A DNA stretch of 62,886 nucleotides, counting the filler, from Platydemus manokwari (Eukaryota), in the NCBI GenBank assembly GCA_037951405.1. It is 6 parts of 6 records of this genome, joined end to end, with 100 filler letters (N's around TTAATTAATTAA, not from the genome) between each part and the next. Parts side by side here need not be neighbours in the genome. Positions count along the whole stretch, not along the records: positions 1 to 14,074 come from JBBMOY011543632.1; 5 more parts are not named here. The stretch is one strand, 5' to 3'. How positions within the stretch are numbered: the first letter of the stretch is position 1; each line of letters starts with the position of its first letter. A model generated the notes under the pieces. The model did not search any database. It was not told the DNA's origin and saw nothing but the letters and a program-made list of their open reading frames with translations. Position numbers and translations under genes: made by a program. Below are positions 1 to 11,600 of the stretch, piece after piece.

Positions 1-422
1 TTCGACTTTCTTGAATGATGAAATATTGAACTTCTTCAACTTTTTCTGATTATAACCCATCTCCAAATTTAATAAGGGTCTTATTTCATTTTCTAACATT
101 TGTAATTTTTCTACGTGTGACTTTCATCGCTATCATGTTGAAAAACTTTTCAAATTTTTGAAATCCGAAACGATTAATGATTGGAAAGAATTAATAGGAA
201 TGTCAGGATAGCACGGAAGATTCCAAGAAAATTATGCACGACCAGCAATACCGATTTATGAGTAAATAAAGGATAAGATCTAGAAATACAAACAAAGAAA
301 GAATATAAAGAATAAAGAAGGTCATTTATATTTTTAGCCAATAAGATATTTATTAAATAATTTTTATTAAAAATAATCCTTTATTCAAAGAAAATTAAAT
401 TTAATTAACTAAGTTGAATTTA

Positions 423-1799
423 ATGATGGAAGAAAATAATATTGAAGTAAAAAACGATATTGAACATTTACCAAACCCTCAACCAATGGCAACAATCATC
501 AATGTTGGAGACAAAGTAGAAGAATCAAACATTCCTGATGGAGGATGGGGTTGGGTCGTGTTGATTGCTGCTTTGGCTATCAGAATAGTATGTGGTGGAT
601 TACTTGTGACTTATGGATTATTTTTAAATCCTTTAATTTCAGAATATCAAACATCACAGACTACAATGAGTTGGTTGGCTTCATTGATGTCAGGCATAAG
701 TTTGGCATCTGCTCCAATTGCCGGTCTCTTATCAAGGAAACTGAGTAATCGAGTGATAGTATTTATTGGATCAATTTTTGCTGGTATTGCATTTGCAGCT
801 CCATATTTCTATTCACCATTGTGGTTTCTATTTCTATCTTCTATTTTGACTGGTACTGGAATGGGAATAGTAATGATGTGTACAACTGTTGTTTTGACAA
901 CATATTTCGATAAACGACTATCGATGGTTCTCGGAGTATTCACAAGTGGTACTGGTATTGCATCATTTGTAATTACACCAATATTTGGAAAGCTCATCCA
1001 TTGGTATGAATGGAGATTTTCAATGCTTATTTATGGATCATTATTTGTTGGTTGTGCAATAATCAGTTTGGTTTTCAAACCGATATCTAATAAGAAACAA
1101 AGTAACACACAAACCACTGATCAAGACAAAAAAGAAAATGTTGATGTCGAAAATAATGTCAATGAAGAATTTGAAAAAGAGAAAAATGTCGATAATTGTA
1201 AAAGAAATGAACTGTTGTTACTTTTGAAGAATCCACTTGTTTTGATATTCCTCATTGGAAACTTTCTCACCAATTTAGGACACGATACAACATTTATATT
1301 CGCTAAAGTAAGAGCGATGAATTCAGGAATCGAAGAATCAAAAGCTGGCTTATTATTGGTTTCAATTGGAATAGGAAACACATTTGGAAGATTGATATTT
1401 GGATTTTTAGGATCAAAACAGTGTATCAAAACATACATTTTATATTGTTCATCTTTGATATTGGCTGGAGGTTTCGTATTATTCAGTTCTATAGCCTTTA
1501 CTTATCCATTGATGTTAGTTTACACAATCGGGTTCGGATTATTCATTGGATCATATACAACTCTTACTCCGGTTGTATTATTGAAAATTGTAGGATTGAA
1601 CGATTTCAGTCGAGGTCTCGGGTTGACTTATTTGATACAAGCAGTTGGATTACTTTTATGTTCACCATTATCAGGGCTCATTTATGATATGACCAAAACT
1701 TTTAATTGTTCATTTATTATAAGTGGTTCTTTGATATTTGGAAGTGGTTTAATAATATTATTAGGATATTGTTCTAAGAAGTTCCGAGAAAGCCAATAA
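423..1799 (+). CDS. Monocarboxylate transporter (SLC16/MCT family, MFS), intronless
   Basis: SLC16 N-terminal signature PDGGWGWVV, YFDKRLS motif after TM4, about 12 hydrophobic segments split by a charged central loop, GRLIFG motif. The track start at 414 is TTG; first in-frame ATG is 423. AATAAA overlaps the stop codon. Confidence 0.95.
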   Translation: MMEENNIEVKNDIEHLPNPQPMATIINVGDKVEESNIPDGGWGWVVLIAALAIRIVCGGLLVTYGLFLNPLISEYQTSQTTMSWLASLMSGISLASAPIAGLLSRKLSNRVIVFIGSIFAGIAFAAPYFYSPLWFLFLSSILTGTGMGIVMMCTTVVLTTYFDKRLSMVLGVFTSGTGIASFVITPIFGKLIHWYEWRFSMLIYGSLFVGCAIISLVFKPISNKKQSNTQTTDQDKKENVDVENNVNEEFEKEKNVDNCKRNELLLLLKNPLVLIFLIGNFLTNLGHDTTFIFAKVRAMNSGIEESKAGLLLVSIGIGNTFGRLIFGFLGSKQCIKTYILYCSSLILAGGFVLFSSIAFTYPLMLVYTIGFGLFIGSYTTLTPVVLLKIVGLNDFSRGLGLTYLIQAVGLLLCSPLSGLIYDMTKTFNCSFIISGSLIFGSGLIILLGYCSKKFRESQ

Positions 1800-2420
1800 A
1801 AGAAATCAATGTATCTTTTTTTAAATAAATGTTGTTAATTTGAATTCTAGTTTTATTTTTTATTAGAAATTTAAAAATATTATTTAATAATGATTATTAT
1901 GGCAATTGATATTTAAAAAATTATGATTTTATTTATATTTAAATAATAATTATTAATAACAATTAATAATTATTATAAATAATTATAAAAAATTATTAGA
2001 AATTATTATTATAAATTAATAAGATAACAAATAAATTATTTAAATAATTATGTAATTTTTATTATATATTATATATTATAAAAATATATTATAAAATTAC
2101 AAAATAATTATTTAAAATTCGCATGTGGTTTTTATTCATTTATCTTGTATAATATTAATAATAATTAATATAATCAAATTATTTTGAAGTTAAGAATAAA
2201 GTTACTTACTTTAAGATGTTTTTATTTTATGTAAATATAATATAAAATATTCATATTTTGAAAAGATTACATAACTGTTGTTTTCATTATCAAGATTATC
2301 ATGTCTTTCCTTTTCATTTACAGGCTTCATATGACCAAAACATTTAATTATACTTGAATATTGAATAAAAAAATTGAATAATATATAAAAAATAAATTAT
2401 TAAAAATTAAAAAATATTTA

Positions 2421-2445
2421 ATATATATATATATATATATATATA
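2421..2445. repeat. (AT)n microsatellite within a very AT-rich low-complexity tract (about 1850-2520)
   Basis: Direct reading of the sequence. Confidence 0.9.
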
Positions 2446-3099
2446 ATAATTTTTATCTACATATTAAATATAATATATAAACTATATAACTAATAAATAA
2501 CAATCTTAATTAGAGAATGAAGTTTATTAGAACTACTAAACTTATTTAAATAGATATTAAAATTTTATTAGTATTCCAAAAGGATCATTAAAAAATAGAC
2601 CAAATGTACATAGAATATAACTCAAAATTTATTCAGATAATTGGCAATTATTGAACGATTAAATTGCAATTTGATACAATAAACAATAACCAAATAAAAC
2701 CATATTTAGCTTACTTCAAACAATTCAGAAACAAGCCACCAAACAAAAGCTATACTCAATATTTTGTTTAGTGTCCAAGATGAAACGTAAGTAATACATG
2801 GTATTAATTGAAAGAGATTCTTTAAAAGCTAAGAAAAACTATTGAAATATTAAGACTAATATTTTGTATTAAAAAATGTGCTTTTGAGAGCTTTTAATAT
2901 TTCTTTTCTCAAAAAAATGAGTTACGATGAAAACAAAAAATTAAAATCAATGGAGAAGAAATTTATCTAAGTAATTATTAATGAACTAGAAAAGATCATC
3001 GATAATAAAGACAATCGATTATAAAAAAAGATGATATTTCTCATTTATTAGAGAAGCGTTTAATTATGTTTGAATATTGAATAAAAAATTGAATAATTT

Positions 3100-3310
3100 A
3101 TAAAAAATCATTTATCAGTAAATAAAATAAATATCTCTGAGCTTACATCAATAGATGTTGAATGTTCTATAGCTGATGGAAGTCATGTATGTGGAAAAAG
3201 AACAAATATTATTTATAGTTTTCCAGCTAACAGTATTCCTTTTTCCCGATATTTCGTATTAGTATAATTAGATTTAAAATTACAGATCAAAATAGAAATT
3301 TAATAGAAGA
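3100..3310 (+). mobile_element. Degenerate Polinton/Maverick-like penton (minor capsid) gene fragment
   Basis: From 3121 reads NKINISELTSIDVECSIADGSHVCGKRTNIIYSFPANSIPF, then after a frameshift ISIIRFKITDQNRNLI. This resembles the pattern IxVxC..S..NG...IYSF and I.I..TDQ.G that I recall for Polinton/adintovirus pentons. Not checked by a database search. Confidence 0.6.
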
Positions 3311-3906
3311 TGTATAATTACGTTTTCAACTAAAATAAGTATTTAATTAAAAAATGGATGAAGTACCTTCGAATAAAGTTCCTTTGAGCGACGTTCCTTC
3401 GGATTTTAAAAGAATTTTTAGGAATACTTATAATTTTTATTTAAAAAATTTAAAAAATTATTCTAAATTACATATTATAATTTTCCATATCAATTTCCTT
3501 ATTAATTTCATTATTAATTTTAAGGTTTCTTCTCAATTCTTTAATCTCTTTATTACCTCTATTTTGGTGATTATTATTTGTACAATATTTGATTTAATAA
3601 TTATATATTTCGTTTATCCTTATTTGCTTATTTAGTTTTAAGTTGTTATCCTTGTTTCTATTACTGTTTCTATCAGACATAAGTCAAATACTAATATTAT
3701 TCTACTTTAACTAGCCAATACTTCTAGACTTTATCCATTTTAGAAAAAAACTTAAATATAATTTTATTTTGTAAAATATATTTTTACGAAATACATCAAG
3801 TTGTAATTGGAAAATTTTCAATGAAATGTAATGCAACATTTGAATTTATTTATTTTATCTCTTCACCATCTTTGTCATTTTCACATCCATTATCTTATTC
3901 AATAAT

Positions 3907-5634
3907 TTAGTCACAATCATTGAGGCATTCAAGTAAATGATCATTCATTCTACATTTTTTAATAACTTGTTGAAGATAATCATTAACAAAATTTTCTTCT
4001 AATTTCATTATTGATATTCCATATGATTTGCATAAATGAGGATTAAATCCATCATTCTCTATCGATCGATAAAGATAATTTTCCAAACCATTGAAAAAAT
4101 TAAACAATAAATTCAATATCCATTCACAATTCTCTTCCACGTATTCCACATCATACCGGAAACATATTTCCCATAATTCACCTTGGAAACTGTATAATGT
4201 GTCAATTAATCGATCCAAGTTTCTTTTATCATTCAATAATTCCTTCAATTTGTAGTAAGAATCTTTAATCATGTCATTCGATTTATCAGATTGAGTTAAA
4301 TTCTCGAGAAATAAATCCCAACATTCATTACTCACATCATCATATACTGTACGAAAAATCGATTGACTATTATCTTTTACAAATCTTGCAAATCCTTCTT
4401 TCAAATTTTGTAATTCAAATCGAAAACTGGTTTCAAGTGATCTCAACATCGACTTGTTTGATGGATATTTTGCTACTGTTTTCATAAAATTTTCATAAGG
4501 TGAAGACGATGAGATGATGTTTTTGATATTCTTGATATTAGTATTGATAATATTATTGAACAAATTCATCTCCATCAATGGCAATTGATTGATCAGATAT
4601 TCTGTCAGTATCTGAGATTTACCATCAATATCGATAATCATCAAATCATTATCAGTCTGATCCTTTTTCAAATTATCAAAACATGATTTTCCTTCATCTA
4701 ATGCATGATTACTATGCAGAGGACAATTACCATCAATAATTACAAACGTTTCTACACATCTTAAACATAACACGTGATCACAATGAGAAAATCTTGCCAA
4801 ATGTTTATCAATGATTGATTCATCACAAATCAAACATTTGTTCATCTCGTTTTCATCATTATTTGATTGGAGTTGTTTAAATGAATTAATGTCATCGCAT
4901 CCAAAAGAAATTATCAAAAATCGAATGAGTGATTTAATTTTCTTGATATTATTTAGATTGGATTGAGATTGTCTAACTAGTTTGGATAGAATCTGATATT
5001 GTGAACATTGTGGATTGGTTAAATATTTGAATGAAAACACTATTTCACGTTTCAATTTCTTAATCTGTTCATTGATTCTTTCCCATTTTCTGATTTTCAT
5101 GAAAAATGGATTGAAGCCATTATCAGTACATTCATCAATATAATTGTACAAAAAATTGAATATATTTTCTGAAAAGTCTTCTTCATGATTTTCATTGAAA
5201 GAATGAAATAATATCTGAACTGTTCCAATTTCTTCATCAGATATTCTGTCTCTTCTTTTAAGCCATTTGGAAATAGATTTGTGTATTTCAGTTAATATGT
5301 TTTCGTTCCAATTAATATATTTGGATAATTCTTTCAAAAATGTTGACCAATATTCAGACATCAGATCTTTAAATAAGCTTTGATTATATTTGATTATATC
5401 GTATTTGTATTGAGAAATATCTGGAATGACATCAGATAAATGTTTATTGGCAATAAGAAATGAATCATGGACATGAGTAACTGGTCTGTTATCAAGTGGA
5501 CAGAGAGGATCTTCATTAAAAATGATATTTATCGCACATACTGTACAAAAGTTATGATTGCAATCAGTAAATGTGACAGTGGTTTTGTTATCCAATTGTT
5601 CAAAGCAAATGGTACAGAGTTGTTCGTTTGTCAT
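3907..5634 (-). CDS. Intronless protein with two RING-HC-like fingers (putative E3 ubiquitin ligase)
   Basis: Uninterrupted 601-codon ORF in AT-rich DNA. RING1 is C-x2-C-x14-C-x-H-x2-C-x2-C-x11-C-x2-D (5616-5491). RING2 is C-x2-C-x14-C-x-H-x2-C-x2-C-x10-C-x2-H (4836-4714). Start is ATG 5634 (MTNEQLC) or the upstream ATG 5712. Confidence 0.88.
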   Translation of the reverse strand: MTNEQLCTICFEQLDNKTTVTFTDCNHNFCTVCAINIIFNEDPLCPLDNRPVTHVHDSFLIANKHLSDVIPDISQYKYDIIKYNQSLFKDLMSEYWSTFLKELSKYINWNENILTEIHKSISKWLKRRDRISDEEIGTVQILFHSFNENHEEDFSENIFNFLYNYIDECTDNGFNPFFMKIRKWERINEQIKKLKREIVFSFKYLTNPQCSQYQILSKLVRQSQSNLNNIKKIKSLIRFLIISFGCDDINSFKQLQSNNDENEMNKCLICDESIIDKHLARFSHCDHVLCLRCVETFVIIDGNCPLHSNHALDEGKSCFDNLKKDQTDNDLMIIDIDGKSQILTEYLINQLPLMEMNLFNNIINTNIKNIKNIISSSSPYENFMKTVAKYPSNKSMLRSLETSFRFELQNLKEGFARFVKDNSQSIFRTVYDDVSNECWDLFLENLTQSDKSNDMIKDSYYKLKELLNDKRNLDRLIDTLYSFQGELWEICFRYDVEYVEENCEWILNLLFNFFNGLENYLYRSIENDGFNPHLCKSYGISIMKLEENFVNDYLQQVIKKCRMNDHLLECLNDCD

Positions 5635-6253
5635 TTGGAAAATGAAATATTGAAAAATCAAATACAAACAAATTATATGAAAAGTGATTAGATGATGTTT
5701 TGAGGAAGACATTTAAAATCTGCGGAATAATCGAGGTTTATTACGGAAAAATCATATTGGTTGTAAGTGATGAAATAAATGGTAAAATTTACATAGACGC
5801 ATTTATTGATTCATATAACCACAGAATATATTTTCCACATTTTTGGTAAAGATAAAGACTTTTAGTGAGACTGTGTTACAGCTTATCCAACCAAAATATG
5901 ATTGAGATAAAAAGATAAAAATTATAAACTCATTATTTTTTAATTAAGAAGTTGTTAGCTGAGGAATATATTCTATTGATGAGATAAGTGGTAAATCGTC
6001 ACTGAAGAAATCTAGAGGTCTGAGTTATGAAATCACAAATTAAGTATAAATAATATGATAAAGAAATTTCACTGATATTGATCAGACTGAAATATAAAAG
6101 CACTTGTATCGAATACAATTTACCAATTTCAAAGTCATTTCATTTTATGGCTCTTGAAAGCATTTTACAATATCCGAATCATTTCATCTGTAGAGTTTCC
6201 ATGCAAATATTTTTCAGTGTCACTTTGTAGTAAATAACCTTAATTGTGTCAAA

Positions 6254-6429
6254 TAGGTAAAAAAATAATTAAAAATTTCTAAATAGATATACTTGGAAAT
6301 ATTCTAAAAAAAATCGTTTTCGTACAATTTTATAGAAATTTTAAGTTATATTTTTTCATTGACCTAAAATGAATGTGAGTGTAATTTGATATCAGTTTCA
6401 CAAAAAATAAATGTATGTTAAGATTACTT
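6254..6429 (+). repeat. Local duplication, contiguous copy
   Basis: 6254-6315 is near-identical to 7355-7416, and 6317-6429 is near-identical to 7835-7948. Confidence 0.9.
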
Positions 6430-7354
6430 TGTTAAGACATAATAATTTCATTCAATCAATTCAGAAATTTGCGAGAATTATTCCCAGTTCCTTAAACAGG
6501 TCGAATACACTAGCTTCTCTTACTAAACTGGAGTTTATTTCTCAGAATTTCATTGGTTCAAATTTATTCCATGCTCAATATTTTCTTAAAACTATCTATC
6601 ACTTTCGATTTGATTGGTGCATTTCATTTTAAAATGTTATTTGAATATTAAAATTATTTTTATTTTGTTGATATTATTGAGTTATATAAAAATAAAATTA
6701 AGGTTGAAACTTGGATTTGCGAAAATCTGGTGATACTCAGCACCTTCTTTCAAATAAAATAAATATAAGCATTTACCTTATTATCTGCTTCGACATACAA
6801 TAGATTGCCTTTATTATGTTATACTCGGAGCTGGTGTGTGTTTTCATTTGTCACATTTTAATTTAACATTCTATTTATCCAATTCCATTTAGATCTGTCG
6901 ATTTTCCGTGACTGTAAATGGTTACTCCTGATGTATGTCTATTATTATGTAGTTATGTGCTTCGTAGAATTGAAAGCTTCAATTTATTTCATCTCTGATT
7001 GACTACCTAGTATGCCTACATAGCCATGTAGAGACATGCATATGTGCAAACAGTCGAAACAAGAGTTAAAAGGTATCAAAATTGTAATTTTCTCTGATAT
7101 TCATCTTCACCCAACATATCTACATCTCCAGAAGATGTAGCCCCAAAAATGGCAATTTCATTTTCACACAACAATATTTCCATAAACAAACATAAATTTA
7201 TTGATTATTTTTATTATCGTGTGATCTATCAACATCTAGTCGTTAGTAATTAGACTTGACGGTGTAGCATTGACAAACTTTTTAAGAACATTACAACAAT
7301 CTTGTCGCAAAGAATATTCAAAATTCATATTTATTATTTGTATTTGTGCCATTG

Positions 7355-7948
7355 TAGGTAAAAAAATAATTAAAAATTTCTAAATAGATATACTTGGAAA
7401 TTTTCTAAAAAAAATCATTAATAATTTGCTTAAATCAAAAAATAAAAATTAATAGAATATTCCAGAACAAGCTGTTTAATTTAATCAATGTAATAATGTG
7501 TGTAGGAATAGTATAAAAATAGCCCATTTGTGACAATAATGGCCAGTAACTTGAGTGCTTAGTTTATGTGTGATTTTAGTAATCAATCTTTTGATTTACT
7601 TTTCATTTTGTTTTTGACTGATTCCTTCTTGAGTGATTTACTTTGTGAAAAGATTTGCTGTTGTTATTGTTGAGACTTTGAGTGTAATATTTTAGTTAAT
7701 ACAAACTTTCTGATCTAAATTGTTAATTGATAGACAAAAATTGACAAGTTAGACATTATCCCAAATAAACAATGTTCTTCAAAAAACGATGTAATAGTTC
7801 ATGCGTCTACTCCGTTTAAAAGGTATGACATTAATTTTCGTACTAATTTTATAGAAATTTTAAGTTATATTTTTTCATTGACCTAAAATGAATGTCAATG
7901 TAATTTGATATCAGTTTCACAAAAAATAAATGTATGTTAAGATTACTT
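7355..7948 (+). repeat. Local duplication, copy split by about 420 nt of extra sequence
   Basis: Both ends match 6254-6429; 7417-7834 has no counterpart there. Confidence 0.88.
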
Positions 7949-8612
7949 CGTTTAGAATAATAGCTTGAGAAATGGAAATAACAGACATATAAAAGACATT
8001 TTAAATGATGTTCCACAAATAAATAACAAATGCAGGTACTTAATAAAACTCGTAAAGGAAAGATTGAAAAGAAAATGTGGTAAAATAATCCTTTAGTGAA
8101 ATGAAGACAACAATTTAATATCACGAAATAAAATGTCTAATATAAACGATTATTACTAAATTATAAAAATTTAATTTTAGATAAAAATTGTATTTCCATT
8201 GTGCATCACAAGATTTTCACAACTGCATAGTTTCGACTACTTTATTTAAACAATTCGTTACAAATTTATTTTAATTATAAATCGACTAACCAACTCCTGA
8301 TATGTTCAATGTCATATTCATTTTGTAAAAAATAGTGTCTTTGCTTTGTCTTCTAATATAAAATTATGACATCTCACCTCCTTTCAAAAACTTTAATTCT
8401 TTAGAGATTACAAAATCTTCAAATGTTGTTAACAAATACAGATAAAGTTGCAATATTAATTAATTTTCAAATACAAACTACTAATTTAAAAATTTATCTT
8501 AAAAGCTTTTGACTTTAATCGAAAATATTGTAATCAATAAATAATTAAATCAATTTAATTTTGGTATGGTTTATCAAAAATTAAACAATCAATAATTTAT
8601 TTATCAAATGAC

Positions 8613-11600
8613 TCATGACCATAATTTCTGCCGACCACCCAATTCATATTCTCTGGTTTTCGTTGAATTTTTATCAGTGATAATCATCTTTATCTTTGGT
8701 AGATCGGATAAAGGCTTCTGATTGACTTCTGACAGCTCGGCTTTAGCAAATTTTTTATTGAGAACTAAATGGATTTTGCTACCACTTTTGAATAATTCTC
8801 GCTCATGTGCCAATGCCAATTCGTTGATTACTCGACGTTCAACCTGAACAGTTAAAATCCAATCAATCAAATGTTAACCTGAACCAATGAATGGCCAATA
8901 TTCATATTTTGTGGATTATTTAACCATATTGACAAGTAAAATAAACACCTGGAATCATCATTTTAGTTTAGTAGCTCCTTAAGAGAAGTGCCTCTGGTGA
9001 AATCTTTTGAAAATTTGAAAGAAATACAACTGACGAATCACAGCATTCGCAATCAGCAAAATCAGTGGGATACAAAGAGGGATATTTATATTGGAAAATT
9101 GATGTTTTGTCAGTAACAACAAAATGAGAATTGCTTATTGGAGATTAATTATCAATTTTGACAAATATAAAAAGAATTTAATTGGACACAGTAATTATCA
9201 GATAGATCCGATAATATCAATTAACTAAATATGACAAGATAAAGCTGAAAGTGGCGGAAGTCAGGCCGGCCAATATTGGTTTTGTCAAATTGGAGAATCT
9301 AATAAACAGATATGAAGGACTGTACAAGCTTATTTTGTAAAAAAGTAAATGGGAGTCACAATGAATACGCTACTATGCAAACTATTTAAATTTATTGTTT
9401 TCCAATTTGCTTTCATTGCATCAAGAATTAGCTAAAAATATTCACGACATTGTTGTGAGCATTATAAAGGGAATTAAATTTTTTAAGATTTAATTTTGAA
9501 TAAAATTATATGAATTTATTGAAATAATCGTATTTGAAAACATAATTCGATATCGAGACTTTTCCGTTCGTCTTGGATGCATGTTTTATAAAATAGTAGC
9601 GGCTTAAATGGCGATCACGTATCTGGATTCGATTATGAGAAGATCAATAACTGATAATTACGATAAAGAAGAAATATGTTGAGACTATATAGAGAATCTA
9701 TAAATAAGATGTAAAGAAGGCATAAGGGAAATAGAAAGTTTAAAATTTTTTATGTAAAGCATTCGATACGATTCCAATTAAAAAAAAAGGGGGGAGTGTA
9801 AGCTAAAAATTAAAAATTTAAAGATTGTTAATATAATTGGATTTAAATAATTCGGTGTCGTGACTTTTCAGTTCGTTTTGAATGCGTGTTTTATAAAATA
9901 GTACCGATTTGCAATTGTATTATTATTGATAGTTTTGAGCTCCGTTTTTATTTGTCGTTAAATTTGAATTGAACATATTTTGTACTGCTAATTTTCCTTT
10001 CTTATCTTCCAGATTAATGGAACTTATGATCGAAGGATCTTCAGTAATTATATAGAAGAATTCTCACCAATACACATTCATTAATAATCAATTATTTTAA
10101 CATCAATGACCGGATGGAGAAAATTTCATCAGGCTTTGTCAAAACAAATAATTTTCAACAAGACTTTTCAAGAAAAAATATCAGAATGCCAACCATACTA
10201 ATACTAACCCCGGATAGTCGGTAGAGTATCGGGCTTTTAATCTGAGGGTCCAGGGTTCGAGTCCTTGTTCGGGCGATATTTTTATCGATTCAATCTTAAA
10301 GGATTCAAACCAAATTCTCAATACCACCAAACGAATAAATTCCATAATTCAACTTTCAATCGATTATTACAAATTTTATCATAAAAAACACATTAAAATA
10401 TACACACATTTAACAAGAACCAAAAATATTGATTTTGATAAAATATTTTTGCTTATTTAATTTTGAAAAATTATCGTGGAAAAATGTTTTGATTAATTTT
10501 CTCATTGAAAAATAATCATTGGGTGTTGCTGATGAAGTAGGTAGGCTTTTTCTGTGCAACAACGGAACGAATGGAAATATAAAATCAATACAATAAACTA
10601 TTACTGCCTGCATATTTTTCGAAATAAATATAAATAATAATTTTTCAACTGTAAAATGATTTATTAATTCCAATATAAGTCATCTTTGTTATTGATTTTA
10701 ATTCCATCATAAATAAATGGATCCAGTATCGATTATAATCGCTCAATCCCACATTAACCACAAACAACACAAATTTCGATTACAATAACAACATTCAGAA
10801 TAGCTAAATATGGAGCGATTTTCATTGGATATTGGACGACATCCAATCAATATCTTTTATTTCAATAAATGCACACGCACACAATGCACAACCAAATATC
10901 AAGCCTATATGTATGGATTTTTCGCGAAAAACTTCATTATTCAAATCGATACCAGAGTAGATATAAGAGTCAACGCTACAATCGAAACATTAAATTACCT
11001 CATATTTGATAGAACGGGCACCGTAATAAATATTGTAACCATCGGCCAAGTAATCCACAACAGAATTATCCCATGTCAATTCAATGCCATGCTTGTCTAA
11101 TGCTCGTCCTTTCCAAATTTCCAACTCCACCTTGACCAGTCGTGCCAGTTCAGAATCGGAAAACGGTAGAAAGTAGACCATTTCATTGATTCGGCCGAGA
11201 AATTCATCGCGCAGAAAATGTCTCTAACGATGAATACTATTATTCGACGATCTTTCTCTAAATGCACAAATCAAACCTTTAAGATAGGTCTCATTATTTT
11301 CTCTTTGAATTCTCTTCCGATTTCAACATTATCCGAGCCTGAAACAGGTATAAAATTCAATGAAATATCATTTTCTCTGACACTCCTTTACCAGATTTGT
11401 TGGCAATTCTCAATTTTTGGGCATGATTCGCGATCTCTTCACTGGCCAAATTGGATGTCATAATAAATATGGCCTTTTTACATTCAATTGTCTTGCCTTG
11501 TCCATCGGTCATTCGGCCCTATAATGGGCATTTTATAAACATTGCAGGTCAACTGTCCCATAACATACCTCATCAAACAATTGTAATAGAATCGTCAAAA

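Noticed and set aside
545-1687. Short ORFs overlapping the MCT gene, and similar shadow ORFs over CLPB, iGluR, syntrophin and the GPCR
   Set aside because: Alternative-frame or antisense by-products with no motifs.
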